A stretch of DNA of 64,000 nucleotides from Tetramitus jugosus (lineage: Eukaryota; Protista; Heterolobosea): positions 248,001 to 312,000 of the forward strand of contig OW569358.1 in the NCBI GenBank assembly GCA_937625935.1, in the 5' to 3' direction. The notes under the pieces were generated by a model. It had not been told where the DNA came from and did no database searches. It saw nothing but the letters and a program-made list of their open reading frames with translations. Made by a program: the position numbers and the translations under genes. Below are positions 53,979 through 64,000 of the stretch, in pieces (position 1 is the first letter of the stretch; each line of letters starts with the position of its first letter).

Positions 53979-55568
53979 TTATTGATATGTTGGATGTGGT
54001 CTGTACACGACGTTCAATGAAACATTTGGATTGTGTGCTGGGGAGTACAATGGAACTGTTTCAGGGTATGGGACATGTTGTGGGACAGATTGGAAATTCG
54101 TTTCATACGTTTGCACAGTGGGGAAGGTAGAGACTGGTTCAGTTGCAGAGGCATCAGGCTTGTACTTTGAATGATAGACAGCCACGTGAATGAATGCTGA
54201 GAACAACAGCAGACTGGTGTAAATTACACTCGACAAGCTGAGAGTGGATATGGTTGCATCTGGGAACAACATGTTCTGGGCAATCAACCAACCCATAACT
54301 CCATAGGCACCACACATAACTAGAAACAGGCAGAGTAGAGCCATCAAGCGAGCACGAAGTGACTTTTGGCACAATGATGCAAAGGTCATCACTATCTTTC
54401 TGATCCATGTACAAACTAACAACACAACAACAATTGTCAAGCCAGCAAGCAACAGTGTGTTGAAACTGGATTGGCCCTCAGCATAAAATGCTCGGCGAGG
54501 TGTAAAGTTCAATGTCACATCGTACTTTTGTTGGCTTGTCGATGAACTCCATCCTTCTATTTGCTTCGAGAAATGAACAATGTTCGAGAAGATTGGATTT
54601 TGTCGAGAAGATCCATAATAAGATGCCATTGGATACTGGAATGACTTTGGTTCAACAGTGAGTGAGACAGATGCACTGTTTTGAACTCTGGCACAAAATC
54701 CACCCAATCCCTTCAGATAGTTGACCATCTCCTTTGGTGTTTGGGTTTCAAGCGTACCTTCCTTTGCTACCCACCAATCATCTCCTCTACTGTCCCAAGG
54801 CAGACTAACAAATGCAAAGAAGGCTGAAGATGAATAGAGCGATGAGTCTCCTATTTGTACAGAAACACTGACTGGTGATTGAAATCCAGTAGGATTTGCT
54901 GTTGTTTTCCATTCCTGATAAACATAGCAGTCAGCAGCCGAAGAGTAGCGATCGGTTTGCACAGCCTTGTACTGCACATTTCCAACTTGAGTCACATCAG
55001 TACCACTCACACTCATTGTGGCTTTCTGGGCAAAATAGCTACAGTAGCTCTGGTTTGGAGCATATACCTTAAATACAGTAGCCATATTGAAATATTGATT
55101 CGTTGTTGAGAGCACAGAGCTCAACTCTTGTGACTCTGTGATCGTGAATGGAACAAGCCTGCTTCTCTGCTTCACTAGAATCAATAGAGCACCAAAGAGG
55201 AACCAAATGGTGAGCAGTGTCATCACCGCACCTGACACTGATCTCTTTATCTTGTTGCATTTGCTATGAGTGGCATTGGCATCATCACCATCATTATGCT
55301 TCTTTTGATTCTTGTCTGGAAGAAACACAGCATAGAGATCCAACAGTGAAATCAACTTGGCAAACTTCATTTTCTTGCTGATTTTTGCAGGTGGAACACA
55401 ACACAGAGACACAACACTCACAGAGAGAACTACAAAGAGATTGATGCAGAATGCAATGAACAGAGCAAGGTGGACTCCAGTGAGTGGTGCACCATCCTTG
55501 CCTACAGCATAGCCCATGTTCTCAAAGAACATGCCAGAACAAAGATTTGGAGTGAGGGCGTTATCCAT
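53979..55568 (-). CDS. Multi-pass membrane protein of unknown function
   Basis: Two N-terminal hydrophobic helices, an S/T-rich beta-like luminal region, three C-terminal hydrophobic helices, P/Y-rich tail. Confidence 0.7.
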   Translation of the reverse strand: MDNALTPNLCSGMFFENMGYAVGKDGAPLTGVHLALFIAFCINLFVVLSVSVVSLCCVPPAKISKKMKFAKLISLLDLYAVFLPDKNQKKHNDGDDANATHSKCNKIKRSVSGAVMTLLTIWFLFGALLILVKQRSRLVPFTITESQELSSVLSTTNQYFNMATVFKVYAPNQSYCSYFAQKATMSVSGTDVTQVGNVQYKAVQTDRYSSAADCYVYQEWKTTANPTGFQSPVSVSVQIGDSSLYSSSAFFAFVSLPWDSRGDDWWVAKEGTLETQTPKEMVNYLKGLGGFCARVQNSASVSLTVEPKSFQYPMASYYGSSRQNPIFSNIVHFSKQIEGWSSSTSQQKYDVTLNFTPRRAFYAEGQSSFNTLLLAGLTIVVVLLVCTWIRKIVMTFASLCQKSLRARLMALLCLFLVMCGAYGVMGWLIAQNMLFPDATISTLSLSSVIYTSLLLFSAFIHVAVYHSKYKPDASATEPVSTFPTVQTYETNFQSVPQHVPYPETVPLYSPAHNPNVSLNVVYRPHPTYQ

Positions 55569-55854
55569 TTTGATGTTTTTTGTTTTCTCAAGTTTTTTGA
55601 CTACTTTTTTGGATTTTGAAGGTTCCAACTTCGATGTGGAACCACAGAACGAACAGCAATCAATCGTTCCCTTACCAGATTAGTTTTTTAGCTCGAATAG
55701 TAAGTACCACTCGCTTCAATCTTCATCACATGAAATTGGTTTGTTGTGGTTATGCATCTTGATCAAGCCGGAAGCTCTCAAGGCGAAAGGTCACATCATC
55801 GACCAGTCAGTTTGGTGGAAAAAAACACAAATTCTTCTTATTTGATCCGCACAC

Positions 55855-58800
55855 ATGAATCCATACTTTGTTCCTCCTCCATCACCACCATACTTTTGCT
55901 ATACCCCATCCACCACCACCACCAACACTCAACCATCTCTACCTCAACAACAACCATCACTGCCAGTCCAACCTCAACAACCACAACTTCCACAACAGCA
56001 GTTTTTCTCCTCCAATCATCAACAGCATGATCCTTCTTTTTTCTTCAATCAAGTTGGAAACAACAATAACAACAATAACATCATCAATTTCCATCCATCG
56101 CCTCAAACAAGGTTGGAACTTCAATCCTCGTCTCCCATGAACGGCAATCCATACCCATTCTATAATCACCAACAACAACAATATTCCTATTGTTCTCCGC
56201 AACAACAACAACAACTTTCACCACTGTCTCATTCTTCACTACTACAGAACTTGAATAGCAACAACAACAATAACAATAACCACCCAGATAGTCCATTTTC
56301 CATGTTCAATACCCAGTATTCACCAATGCAACTCTCCCCACAAGTCAATCTCCCACCACCAACATTGTCTCAACCGTCACCCATTCAGAAGAATGACTCT
56401 GATCTCTCCAATGCCGATTTGACTGACGAGAATTCTAATCATCATCATCACACAACAACATCATCATCATCGTCAGTAGTAGCGATGACTGGACAGGATA
56501 AGAGAAAGAGAGATTTTGATGATGATTCACATGTCATCAGAGGAGGAGACGTTAAAGTTCAAAAACGATCATCACCCAACAACAACAAAACAGGTGGTGG
56601 TTGGAACACGATGTCTCAGCTGCATTCACCAATGATGATGACGACGACGACTTCTACTGCAGCAACTACATCAATCTCTTCAACAAGCACACAACCATCC
56701 CAAAAAGATGAAGGTGGGAATAGAGTCAACAGTAGTAGTGAAATCAAGAAGGTTGATGATAAAGATGATGGTATACCAAGCAATGAAGATGATCAAGAAG
56801 GTGGTAGTGATGCAGCAATCATTGTAGAGACATTGCAAGAATTGAGACAAGAGATTGAATCAAAGAGAGCAGAGCGCAAAAGAGTCATCAAACAAAACTA
56901 TACCCAATTGGCAAACAATTGGAATTTTGATGAGGAAGGTGATGAGTATGTGTTGATTCATGATCAAATCGTCTACCCAGTTCCATCTCTCTCGTATCAA
57001 CAATTGTACGACTATCAGATTCAAGGTGTCAAGTGGTTGGCCGAACGGTACCTGTCACAGGAGATGAATGGTGGAATATTGGCAGATGATATGGGATTGG
57101 GAAAAACTGTACAGATTAGTGTATTTATTCAAGGATTGTTTCTAGGAAAGTTGGCATCGCGAGTCATGATTGTTGCACCTGTGAGTGTACTGCTCAATTG
57201 GGAGAAGGAAATTAACAAGTGGGTCACAGGAGCAAAGTACATTGCTCGATTTTATAAGTTGACTTCGGAGCAAGCTAGGATCTCTTGTTTGGAGTCATTT
57301 GAAGCGAGTGTGAGCAAGGGTGTCGGATCTATTCTGTTGACGACATATGGTATGATTACCTCTCAGATTGAGCTTATAGAAAAACAATTGAATCAAGCGA
57401 GTTTTGATGTAACTGTATTGGATGAGGGACACAAGATTAAGAATCCCAATACTGCCATCTCTACTCATCTGCGGAGAATATCGTCCAAATGTAAGTTTAT
57501 CTTAACAGGCACACCGATACAAAATCAAATTGCAGAAATATGGGCACTGTATGATTGGATTTTCGATGGAAAGTTGCTCAAATCACAGAGTGAGTTCAAG
57601 AACAGTTACGAGAGGGATATTGTTCATGGAAGCAAAAGAGACGCTTCTTCTTCCGCTAAGGTTCTAGGAAATCAAAAATCATTGGAACTGCGACAATTTC
57701 TAGCTCCATTCTTTTTGAGAAGGGAAAAACATGCTGTAATGAAAATGTCGAACGAGACAACTGGGACGAATGAAAATCCTCTGATCAAAAGTAGCTTTAA
57801 AGCACGAATATCCCAAAAGAATGATTTGATATTATGGATTTGTTTAAGTAAGGAGCAGGAAACTGCATATCGTCAGTACTTGGCCTCCAATGAAGTTAGA
57901 GACGCTGTAAATCAAAATGCAAATCCGCTTACGTGCTTAAATGCATTACGGCAACTATGTAATCATCCTTCCCTATTGAGTAAGATTGAGATCAAAGATA
58001 TGAATCAGTTAATTAAGGAATCAGGAAAACTTCAAGTGCTCATACAGCTATTGAAAAACTTGAAGGCGAATGGACATAGAGTTTTGATATTTTCCGAGTA
58101 CGCACGAATGTTAGATATTGTTCAGAAGGTGTTGATTGAAGTGTTGCATTTTAAAATCCTTCGAATAGATGGCACAGTAAATAGTGCTCAGGTGAGACAG
58201 AATCATGTAGACGAGTTCAATTCTGATCCAACAATTGATTGTTTTATTTTGACGAGTCAGGTAGGCGGAATCGGACTCAATTTAGTTGGTGCTGATAGAG
58301 TCATTATCGTGGACCCCAGTTGGAATCCTGCGATTGATAATCAGGCTGTCGATCGAGCTTACCGAATTGGTCAGAGAAGGAACGTAATTGTTTATCGTTT
58401 CATCACGTGCTCAACAGTTGAGGAGAACATGTACAGAAAACAAGTGTTTAAGGATGGCTTATCAAAAACAACAATTGATAAGGAAAATCAATACCGGTAC
58501 TTTAACCAGGACGAATTAATCGATCAATTTAGTTTGAGCAATCCCAGATACAGCAAAACACAAACACAACTAGGCAAGCTACATGCGAATGAACGAATCA
58601 CATATCCCGAGTTAGAAGATCATCTCAAAGAAGTGAATTCTTGGGCGGGAGTGTTTGGTATAAGCGACCATGATCTCTTGTTTAAGAAGGAGGCCGATGA
58701 TGATTTGACTGATGTTCCACAGAATATAGTTGTAGCTAGGCCTAGCCTTGAGTACCAACATATGCAACTGCAGGCTCAATTGCAGGAACAGAGAAGAATC

Positions 58801-59064
58801 ATGCTCTTGCGTCAGCAACATGCTGAGAGAGTGAAACTGTTATCACAATCAGTGATAGATGTTGACAGTTTGGATGATGAGTCAGAACATGCACCGGTTC
58901 ATAATGGAGCCATGATGCGCCCAGCCTTCACTTCATATGCCAGTGCTGCTCTTCCCGTTCCTGTTCAGATGTATCAGCAACAAGTTCATTTGACCCCATC
59001 CAATAGTGGGAGCCAAATCGAGCAAATCATTGATGACGATGACGACGTAATTTTGATTGAATAA
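55855..59064 (+). CDS. ERCC6L: SNF2-family ATPase, ERCC6L/PICH-like
   Basis: GGILADDMGLGKT, LDEGHKIKN, LTGTPIQN, KNDLILWICLS, HRVLIFS, DPSWNPAIDNQAVDRAYRIGQ, YRKQVFKDGL, QYRYFNQDEL. Confidence 0.85.
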   Translation: MNPYFVPPPSPPYFCYTPSTTTTNTQPSLPQQQPSLPVQPQQPQLPQQQFFSSNHQQHDPSFFFNQVGNNNNNNNIINFHPSPQTRLELQSSSPMNGNPYPFYNHQQQQYSYCSPQQQQQLSPLSHSSLLQNLNSNNNNNNNHPDSPFSMFNTQYSPMQLSPQVNLPPPTLSQPSPIQKNDSDLSNADLTDENSNHHHHTTTSSSSSVVAMTGQDKRKRDFDDDSHVIRGGDVKVQKRSSPNNNKTGGGWNTMSQLHSPMMMTTTTSTAATTSISSTSTQPSQKDEGGNRVNSSSEIKKVDDKDDGIPSNEDDQEGGSDAAIIVETLQELRQEIESKRAERKRVIKQNYTQLANNWNFDEEGDEYVLIHDQIVYPVPSLSYQQLYDYQIQGVKWLAERYLSQEMNGGILADDMGLGKTVQISVFIQGLFLGKLASRVMIVAPVSVLLNWEKEINKWVTGAKYIARFYKLTSEQARISCLESFEASVSKGVGSILLTTYGMITSQIELIEKQLNQASFDVTVLDEGHKIKNPNTAISTHLRRISSKCKFILTGTPIQNQIAEIWALYDWIFDGKLLKSQSEFKNSYERDIVHGSKRDASSSAKVLGNQKSLELRQFLAPFFLRREKHAVMKMSNETTGTNENPLIKSSFKARISQKNDLILWICLSKEQETAYRQYLASNEVRDAVNQNANPLTCLNALRQLCNHPSLLSKIEIKDMNQLIKESGKLQVLIQLLKNLKANGHRVLIFSEYARMLDIVQKVLIEVLHFKILRIDGTVNSAQVRQNHVDEFNSDPTIDCFILTSQVGGIGLNLVGADRVIIVDPSWNPAIDNQAVDRAYRIGQRRNVIVYRFITCSTVEENMYRKQVFKDGLSKTTIDKENQYRYFNQDELIDQFSLSNPRYSKTQTQLGKLHANERITYPELEDHLKEVNSWAGVFGISDHDLLFKKEADDDLTDVPQNIVVARPSLEYQHMQLQAQLQEQRRIMLLRQQHAERVKLLSQSVIDVDSLDDESEHAPVHNGAMMRPAFTSYASAALPVPVQMYQQQVHLTPSNSGSQIEQIIDDDDDVILIE

Positions 59065-59157
59065 ATATTTGGTCTTCCTTGCGGCTTTATTCCAAGTTGA
59101 CTTCTGAAGAGGTAGAAAGCGACGAACATCTCTCACACTAGCCTGATGGATGAATGA

Positions 59158-60541
59158 TTAGGGGATAAGCTTGCGTTGCGTGTGCTCCAGACAAGAAGGA
59201 GTCCGTGAAGAATTGCTTGAACATCGCTGATATGGCCTAATTGTCGTTCAAGGAACACCACATTAAGTTAGACACCAGAGTTTTTAAAGTTCAACAAAAC
59301 AAACAAAACGAGGTTGTGTCTGTCGTTATCGATTCGGACTCCAATGGTTCACCCACATGATCAGCTGGTTCCCATGGCACGAAAGTTTTGTTTAACTCAT
59401 ATTTAACTATGGGTTGGGGACGCACCGTTGCGCCACCTTGACACAACTTAAGAAACGAAAGAATATTGACACCCGTACGACGTCGAACAGAACAATAGAT
59501 ATGAAACAACAAGTTGTTGTGATACTTTACAACGAAGCGGAACCTGTGACACCCGATGTGAAGCTGTGTGGGATTGTTTGAGGGACGGACTCATACATCT
59601 CGAAACAACGACAACGACAACAAACTCTCTCTTGTTTTGCGAGCGAAAAAGAGAAACACACAAATTGATAAAACTTAAAATAAAAACACATACCATCTTT
59701 TGCCCATGCCCAATTGATAAAATCTACGTTTCAGCGTACTTACAGAAACACCTAAGAGACGAGCAGCATCCGACTGAGTATACTTGAAGTATTGAGTAAT
59801 GTCTTGTTCCGAAATGACATCCAATTTCTTGTTTCTAGTTATTATTGTTGATGATTGCTTTTTCTTGTGTAAACTACCATCATTCTCCTTGTTATGAATA
59901 TTACTACTATCATTATTGATATTATTACTATTGTTAATGGTACAGTGTATGTGTTGATCAACATTATTGTTGGCAATGTTATTTGTGAGTTTCAGTTTCT
60001 TGTTATTGTCTCTTTCATCACCTTGTTGCTCTTCTATTGTTGTCGAAGATGTTGATTTCATCATTTCTATGGCCGATCTCTTCTTTCGATGTTGGTTCAT
60101 GTTCTGTTGTTGTGTGATCATCATCATCCTCATTTTCATCATGTCACTTTGATGCTTGGACAGTGCATTGATGCTCTGAATATGATGACGATGATGACAG
60201 TTTGTGTCTGTGTGGCCCTGATGATAGCAGTCGTCATGTTGGTGGTGATGGTGGTATAGTTGTTCATGTGGTGGTTCATGTGATTGATGATGGAGTGTTG
60301 ATGACGCTGATCTGATGAAAGATGTAGTACAGATTGGGTGATCCAACATGTTGATCATCATGTCATCATGATTGTAACAGCTGTTCTCGTGATGCGTAAT
60401 TATTGGTTCTGCTTGATCACTGTTGGATGTTGTCGTAGTTGTGTTGAATGATGAATGGTTTTTAGAGTACAAATGCTCATGATGGATGAGTGCTTTTGAA
60501 TTGTATTGGCGCAAACAATTAGCAAAGTGAATTTTGTTCAT
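59158..60541 (-). CDS. RWP-RK transcription factor (C-terminal domain); probable intron 59237-59693
   Basis: DITQYFKYTQSDAARLLGVSVSTLKRRFYQLGMGKRW followed by a GTATGT donor; splicing to the AG at 59237 restores RWPYQR. The 3' exon is tentative. Confidence 0.75.
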
Positions 60542-60679
60542 TTTGTTTTCGATAATAGTTGTGATCTGGGCTGAGCTTTGCTGTTTTCTCAGCCGAGAAT
60601 GGAAAATTCCGTTCGAGTAATTCCGACCCAAAAACAATTCCTGTTGATTGAAACTTCAAACAACAGACGATGGAGGAGC

Positions 60680-63600
60680 ATGAACACAAAGGAAGAAAGA
60701 GTAAATGTGATCAAGGAACAGATCTTGAAGCACGTGAGAGATGTTGAACAGAGACATCAGCGCCTTTCCAACACTGTTTCTCACTTTGAACGTTTATTGG
60801 AGAAATCCATTGAGAGTCAAGATGTTTCATTGGTTGTTCGTGACAAGAAGGATCAAATAAGAGATGAGTCAATGATTGATGACGATCTGTTCGATCAATT
60901 GAAAGAGGTATTTGGATTCAAAGGAGAAAGTTGTAGTGCAGCTTCAACTGCAAGAGGAAAGGAGATTCATGTCGATCCGAGTGTGACGTTTTTGGATAAA
61001 TTGCACATGAAACAAAAGATTGATCGTTTTTTAGAGTTTGAACAGCAGCATTTGAAAAGAGAACTTCATACGGATATGCAACCAGATCAATCATTGCATG
61101 ACAAGAATGATGGAATGAGTATTGATGAGAGAGACGAGGAAGTGTTGTTTAAAAAATTGACTAGACATATCAATGTCAATTCTCGGAATGAATTAATGAA
61201 ATTTTCATTGTTGGCTGAGCGAATGAAGGTCGAGCATCCTGAGTATTATCGAGCGAATGATCCAATTTATTTGAACGAAAAAGAAACCCTGCCCTTTGAT
61301 TGTTTGCTACATAGGTTGTTGATTGATCTACCCAGGCGTGGAGAGGAAGGGATGAGTGGCTGTATTCGTACACTTATCAAGGTTTTCAATCAAAAGTTTG
61401 GTCACATGCTCAATGTTCCTTCAATAGGCGAGGTACAACAATTGATCGATGAGTATAGAGCTAATTTCCCAAAGACAGTTCTCTATCCTCAACCTTTGGA
61501 TTTGCATGATAATCCTCCGTTTGAATTCTTAATTAATCATTATTTACCGCAGTTGAATCAATATAAAATTCAATGGAGAAACGAGTGGAAGATGAGAGAT
61601 CAGTTGATACATTTTCTTAGGTTGTACTTCTCAGAAGCAGGAGACAATGAGAGCGCTTCCAGGTGGGATAAGCCACGGATGTCTCAATTCCCGGTAATCA
61701 TTCGACGCAACTCGAAATTCTTTCTTTTATTGGGCATACGGTACACAGAGAGTGTGAATCGTCCAAAAGTTGTTTGGGACAAAAGTGATCAAACTTTTTG
61801 GAATAGTTTCCCTTATTTCGATAGAAGCGGATCGATGCCTATCGCTCGATCAAGAGGTACAGTGGCAGCTCATCAACATTTACGAATACCAGTGGACAGA
61901 CCGCAATATATCTATAATACGTACAAGTTTTGGCCATTTAATGAGAGTGAATCAAATCCATTTGGTATAGTTTTTGATGAGAGAGCGATAGAAAGACGAG
62001 TACGAGATGAAATCATGAATGGGGAGTCAGGAATAATTCAACAGCTGCTCAAATATAACCCCATACAAGTTCTTGCGAATATTAAATCAATATTATCAAA
62101 GATAGGACCATTTTCGCTGCTTATACCTTCACCGACTATCGCCGCTGAACACATGCCAGAAACTATCGATCTATTTAAGTCTAATATTCAACCTTATTTG
62201 AGCGAGTCTATTCGAGCACAACTACTCAGTGACATTGAAAGAAGTTACAAACAGGAATTAGAAGCATCTAAGAGAGATATTTTCTCACCAGCGTCTCTCA
62301 ATATTACAAAGCATGGTCGAACGAGTTTTTGGAAATATAATCACCCTGAAATGAGACCGAAGAAATATATTCATGTAATTAGACAGCAACTCTGTCGTTA
62401 CTTTCCATTTGTTTCCCAATTCTTCGAGAAATTGTCAGACTACGATATTGTCACAATTAAATTTTTCATTATGAGTCCGAAGTTCAAAAAGATGATTGGA
62501 GGATCTTCATCGACAACAACACGATTCCAGCAGAGGCTGATAAATGTAGCAAAAGTATCCATGGAGGGAAGAATTATTGACGTTGTCCCAACGGCCAGAA
62601 GTCAAAATCGAAAGTCTCCTCACATTATTAATCATTTGCCTTCGCTTCTCCAGAGTATTAGATTTTCTATGCAATTGCGTCGTGAAAGCAAGAGAAACTT
62701 CTTGTTATTCCTTAAAGGATTATATATTCCTGGGACAAATACTCACACAGAGTACATCCAACACAAAGTCAAACGATTTTTGGATAAGGAGCGAGAAGAC
62801 AAATCTGATTTTATCCAATATTTGACTCTCTTCTCGAGGCTTATGAATGGAAAATGGAAGAAACCGTTTTCTTATACCCGAATTACGGTACCAACAACGA
62901 GAGAGGTGATTGCAAAATTTACAATCATGTATCGATTTCTTATGCAACGGATGTTGATAGACAAAAACGACAAAGACGAAAATGACACTGATACAGATGA
63001 CATCTCTTCATTGGAAGGACTTGAAACAATGGCATTTGAGAAGAATGAAATGAAGGAGGTAGTAGAGTACATTCAATCACAAATTACCAGTAATCAAAAT
63101 TTATCAGATGTTTCAAATATACCGAAGCGTGTGCAAGTGGTTGCTGATAGATATATTGTCCAGAATGGAGAAGAGATATTCCAACGAGCTGTCATTCTAC
63201 TGATAGATTTGTCAATATCAACTCAAAAATTACCATTCAATTGGAGGAGTATTGTATCATATTTTGTGAGAAGGTGTAGAGCTGGCACAACTCATTTAAA
63301 TCAGAGAGATGTTTTGAATATTTTAGCTTCACAATTAGAACCTGCTAAATTTTTGCAGCGTTCTAGTTTTTCACTGCCTGAGTTACGATTCCAAGGTTCG
63401 AAATTCTCTGTTGTCAATATAATAGAGGCTCTTGGTTTGTTGAAACTCCCCACTTTCCTGAATGGACCCAGAGAAAGATATTTTGATCAGTGGCGGCTCA
63501 AAGCCGTCAGCAAGTATGTTGTATCTATGTGTTGTGTGAATACTCCAAGCGATATTTCTGAAGCATGGCAAGAGTTGAGCAACTCGAAGCGAGAAAATTT

Positions 63601-64000
63601 AAGGTACATCATGAAATCTCTCGTGCCAACACAATCTACTCCACCTGTTATGCCGATACTTCCAAATGAGTTAAGCACGTATTCTGATCAATTCTTCAAC
63701 TTACATGTTGGAGATGTAGATAAGAATCGCAAGGAATTATATCAACAACAGCAGGCGTCTTTTCGATCATCTCTCTATGAAGGCTGGTTTGAGGGAATTA
63801 ATTACCGTGTGGTGGGTCAATACGATGTTCAAGTCAGTAATTTTGGTCTCGCTTCTGAGAAAGATGTCATGACATCTATATCAAGCAATAATCATTCTGA
63901 TATACTGCTGTTACGACTTTTGATCAAACGGTTGCTGAGAATAGTTCATACTGTCACATTTTCAGGAGCTCGCATAAAATTATCAAACGACATGAAATTG
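60680..64000 (+). CDS. Large hypothetical protein, >1107 codons, incomplete (runs off the window)
   Basis: Manual translation from ATG 60680 (MNTKEERVNVIKEQILKHV..) stays open to the last base (..LSNDMKL). It is absent from the ORF track because no stop occurs in the window. Confidence 0.85.
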   Translation, partial: MNTKEERVNVIKEQILKHVRDVEQRHQRLSNTVSHFERLLEKSIESQDVSLVVRDKKDQIRDESMIDDDLFDQLKEVFGFKGESCSAASTARGKEIHVDPSVTFLDKLHMKQKIDRFLEFEQQHLKRELHTDMQPDQSLHDKNDGMSIDERDEEVLFKKLTRHINVNSRNELMKFSLLAERMKVEHPEYYRANDPIYLNEKETLPFDCLLHRLLIDLPRRGEEGMSGCIRTLIKVFNQKFGHMLNVPSIGEVQQLIDEYRANFPKTVLYPQPLDLHDNPPFEFLINHYLPQLNQYKIQWRNEWKMRDQLIHFLRLYFSEAGDNESASRWDKPRMSQFPVIIRRNSKFFLLLGIRYTESVNRPKVVWDKSDQTFWNSFPYFDRSGSMPIARSRGTVAAHQHLRIPVDRPQYIYNTYKFWPFNESESNPFGIVFDERAIERRVRDEIMNGESGIIQQLLKYNPIQVLANIKSILSKIGPFSLLIPSPTIAAEHMPETIDLFKSNIQPYLSESIRAQLLSDIERSYKQELEASKRDIFSPASLNITKHGRTSFWKYNHPEMRPKKYIHVIRQQLCRYFPFVSQFFEKLSDYDIVTIKFFIMSPKFKKMIGGSSSTTTRFQQRLINVAKVSMEGRIIDVVPTARSQNRKSPHIINHLPSLLQSIRFSMQLRRESKRNFLLFLKGLYIPGTNTHTEYIQHKVKRFLDKEREDKSDFIQYLTLFSRLMNGKWKKPFSYTRITVPTTREVIAKFTIMYRFLMQRMLIDKNDKDENDTDTDDISSLEGLETMAFEKNEMKEVVEYIQSQITSNQNLSDVSNIPKRVQVVADRYIVQNGEEIFQRAVILLIDLSISTQKLPFNWRSIVSYFVRRCRAGTTHLNQRDVLNILASQLEPAKFLQRSSFSLPELRFQGSKFSVVNIIEALGLLKLPTFLNGPRERYFDQWRLKAVSKYVVSMCCVNTPSDISEAWQELSNSKRENLRYIMKSLVPTQSTPPVMPILPNELSTYSDQFFNLHVGDVDKNRKELYQQQQASFRSSLYEGWFEGINYRVVGQYDVQVSNFGLASEKDVMTSISSNNHSDILLLRLLIKRLLRIVHTVTFSGARIKLSNDMKL

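Noticed and set aside
59291-59545. Alternative 3' exon for the second RWP-RK gene
   Set aside because: Splicing here gives RWFRF, while the acceptor at 59237 gives the more canonical RWPYQR; RNA-seq is needed to settle it.
60650-64000. Apparent ORF desert suggesting an alternative genetic code or non-coding DNA
   Set aside because: A standard-code frame is open throughout; the track only omits it because no stop is in the window.

Overview
Very gene-dense eukaryotic (protist) nuclear DNA. It has short GT-AG introns with GTATGT/GTAAG donors and CTAAC/CTGAC branch points, tiny intergenic spacers, and many poly-N/Q/T/S/H tracts. Gene content (RWP-RK factors, DD3-3-like protein, axonemal dynein light chain) suggests a free-living amoeba/amoeboflagellate, possibly heterolobosean; this is inference only. 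About 35 protein genes can be read, including ArgRS with an inserted tRNA-binding OB domain, an mS26-like protein, DNAL4, a ChaC-PUA fusion, INTS14, PP2C, Abp1/drebrin, TFIIIC subunit 6, eS30, PCH2, uS7, a MYST HAT, THUMPD3-like, RPT5, RBM39 and ERCC6L. A >1100-codon ORF runs off the right end and is missing from the ORF track. The standout feature is at 51.2-53.8 kb: a tRNA-Ser(AGA) gene with three non-LTR-retrotransposon-like inserts stacked about 30-55 bp upstream, head-to-head with the tRNA, each bounded by a target-site duplication. One is an ORF1-only poly(A) element, one a 5'-truncated RT C-terminus, one a decayed ORF1 paralog. The two poly(A) elements share only a terminal AATAAA..GCAAC-loop-GTTGTATT(A)n stem-loop. 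This looks like a position-specific, tRNA-gene-targeting retrotransposon system with a non-autonomous ORF1-only partner. All product calls come from motif recognition by eye, not database searches.
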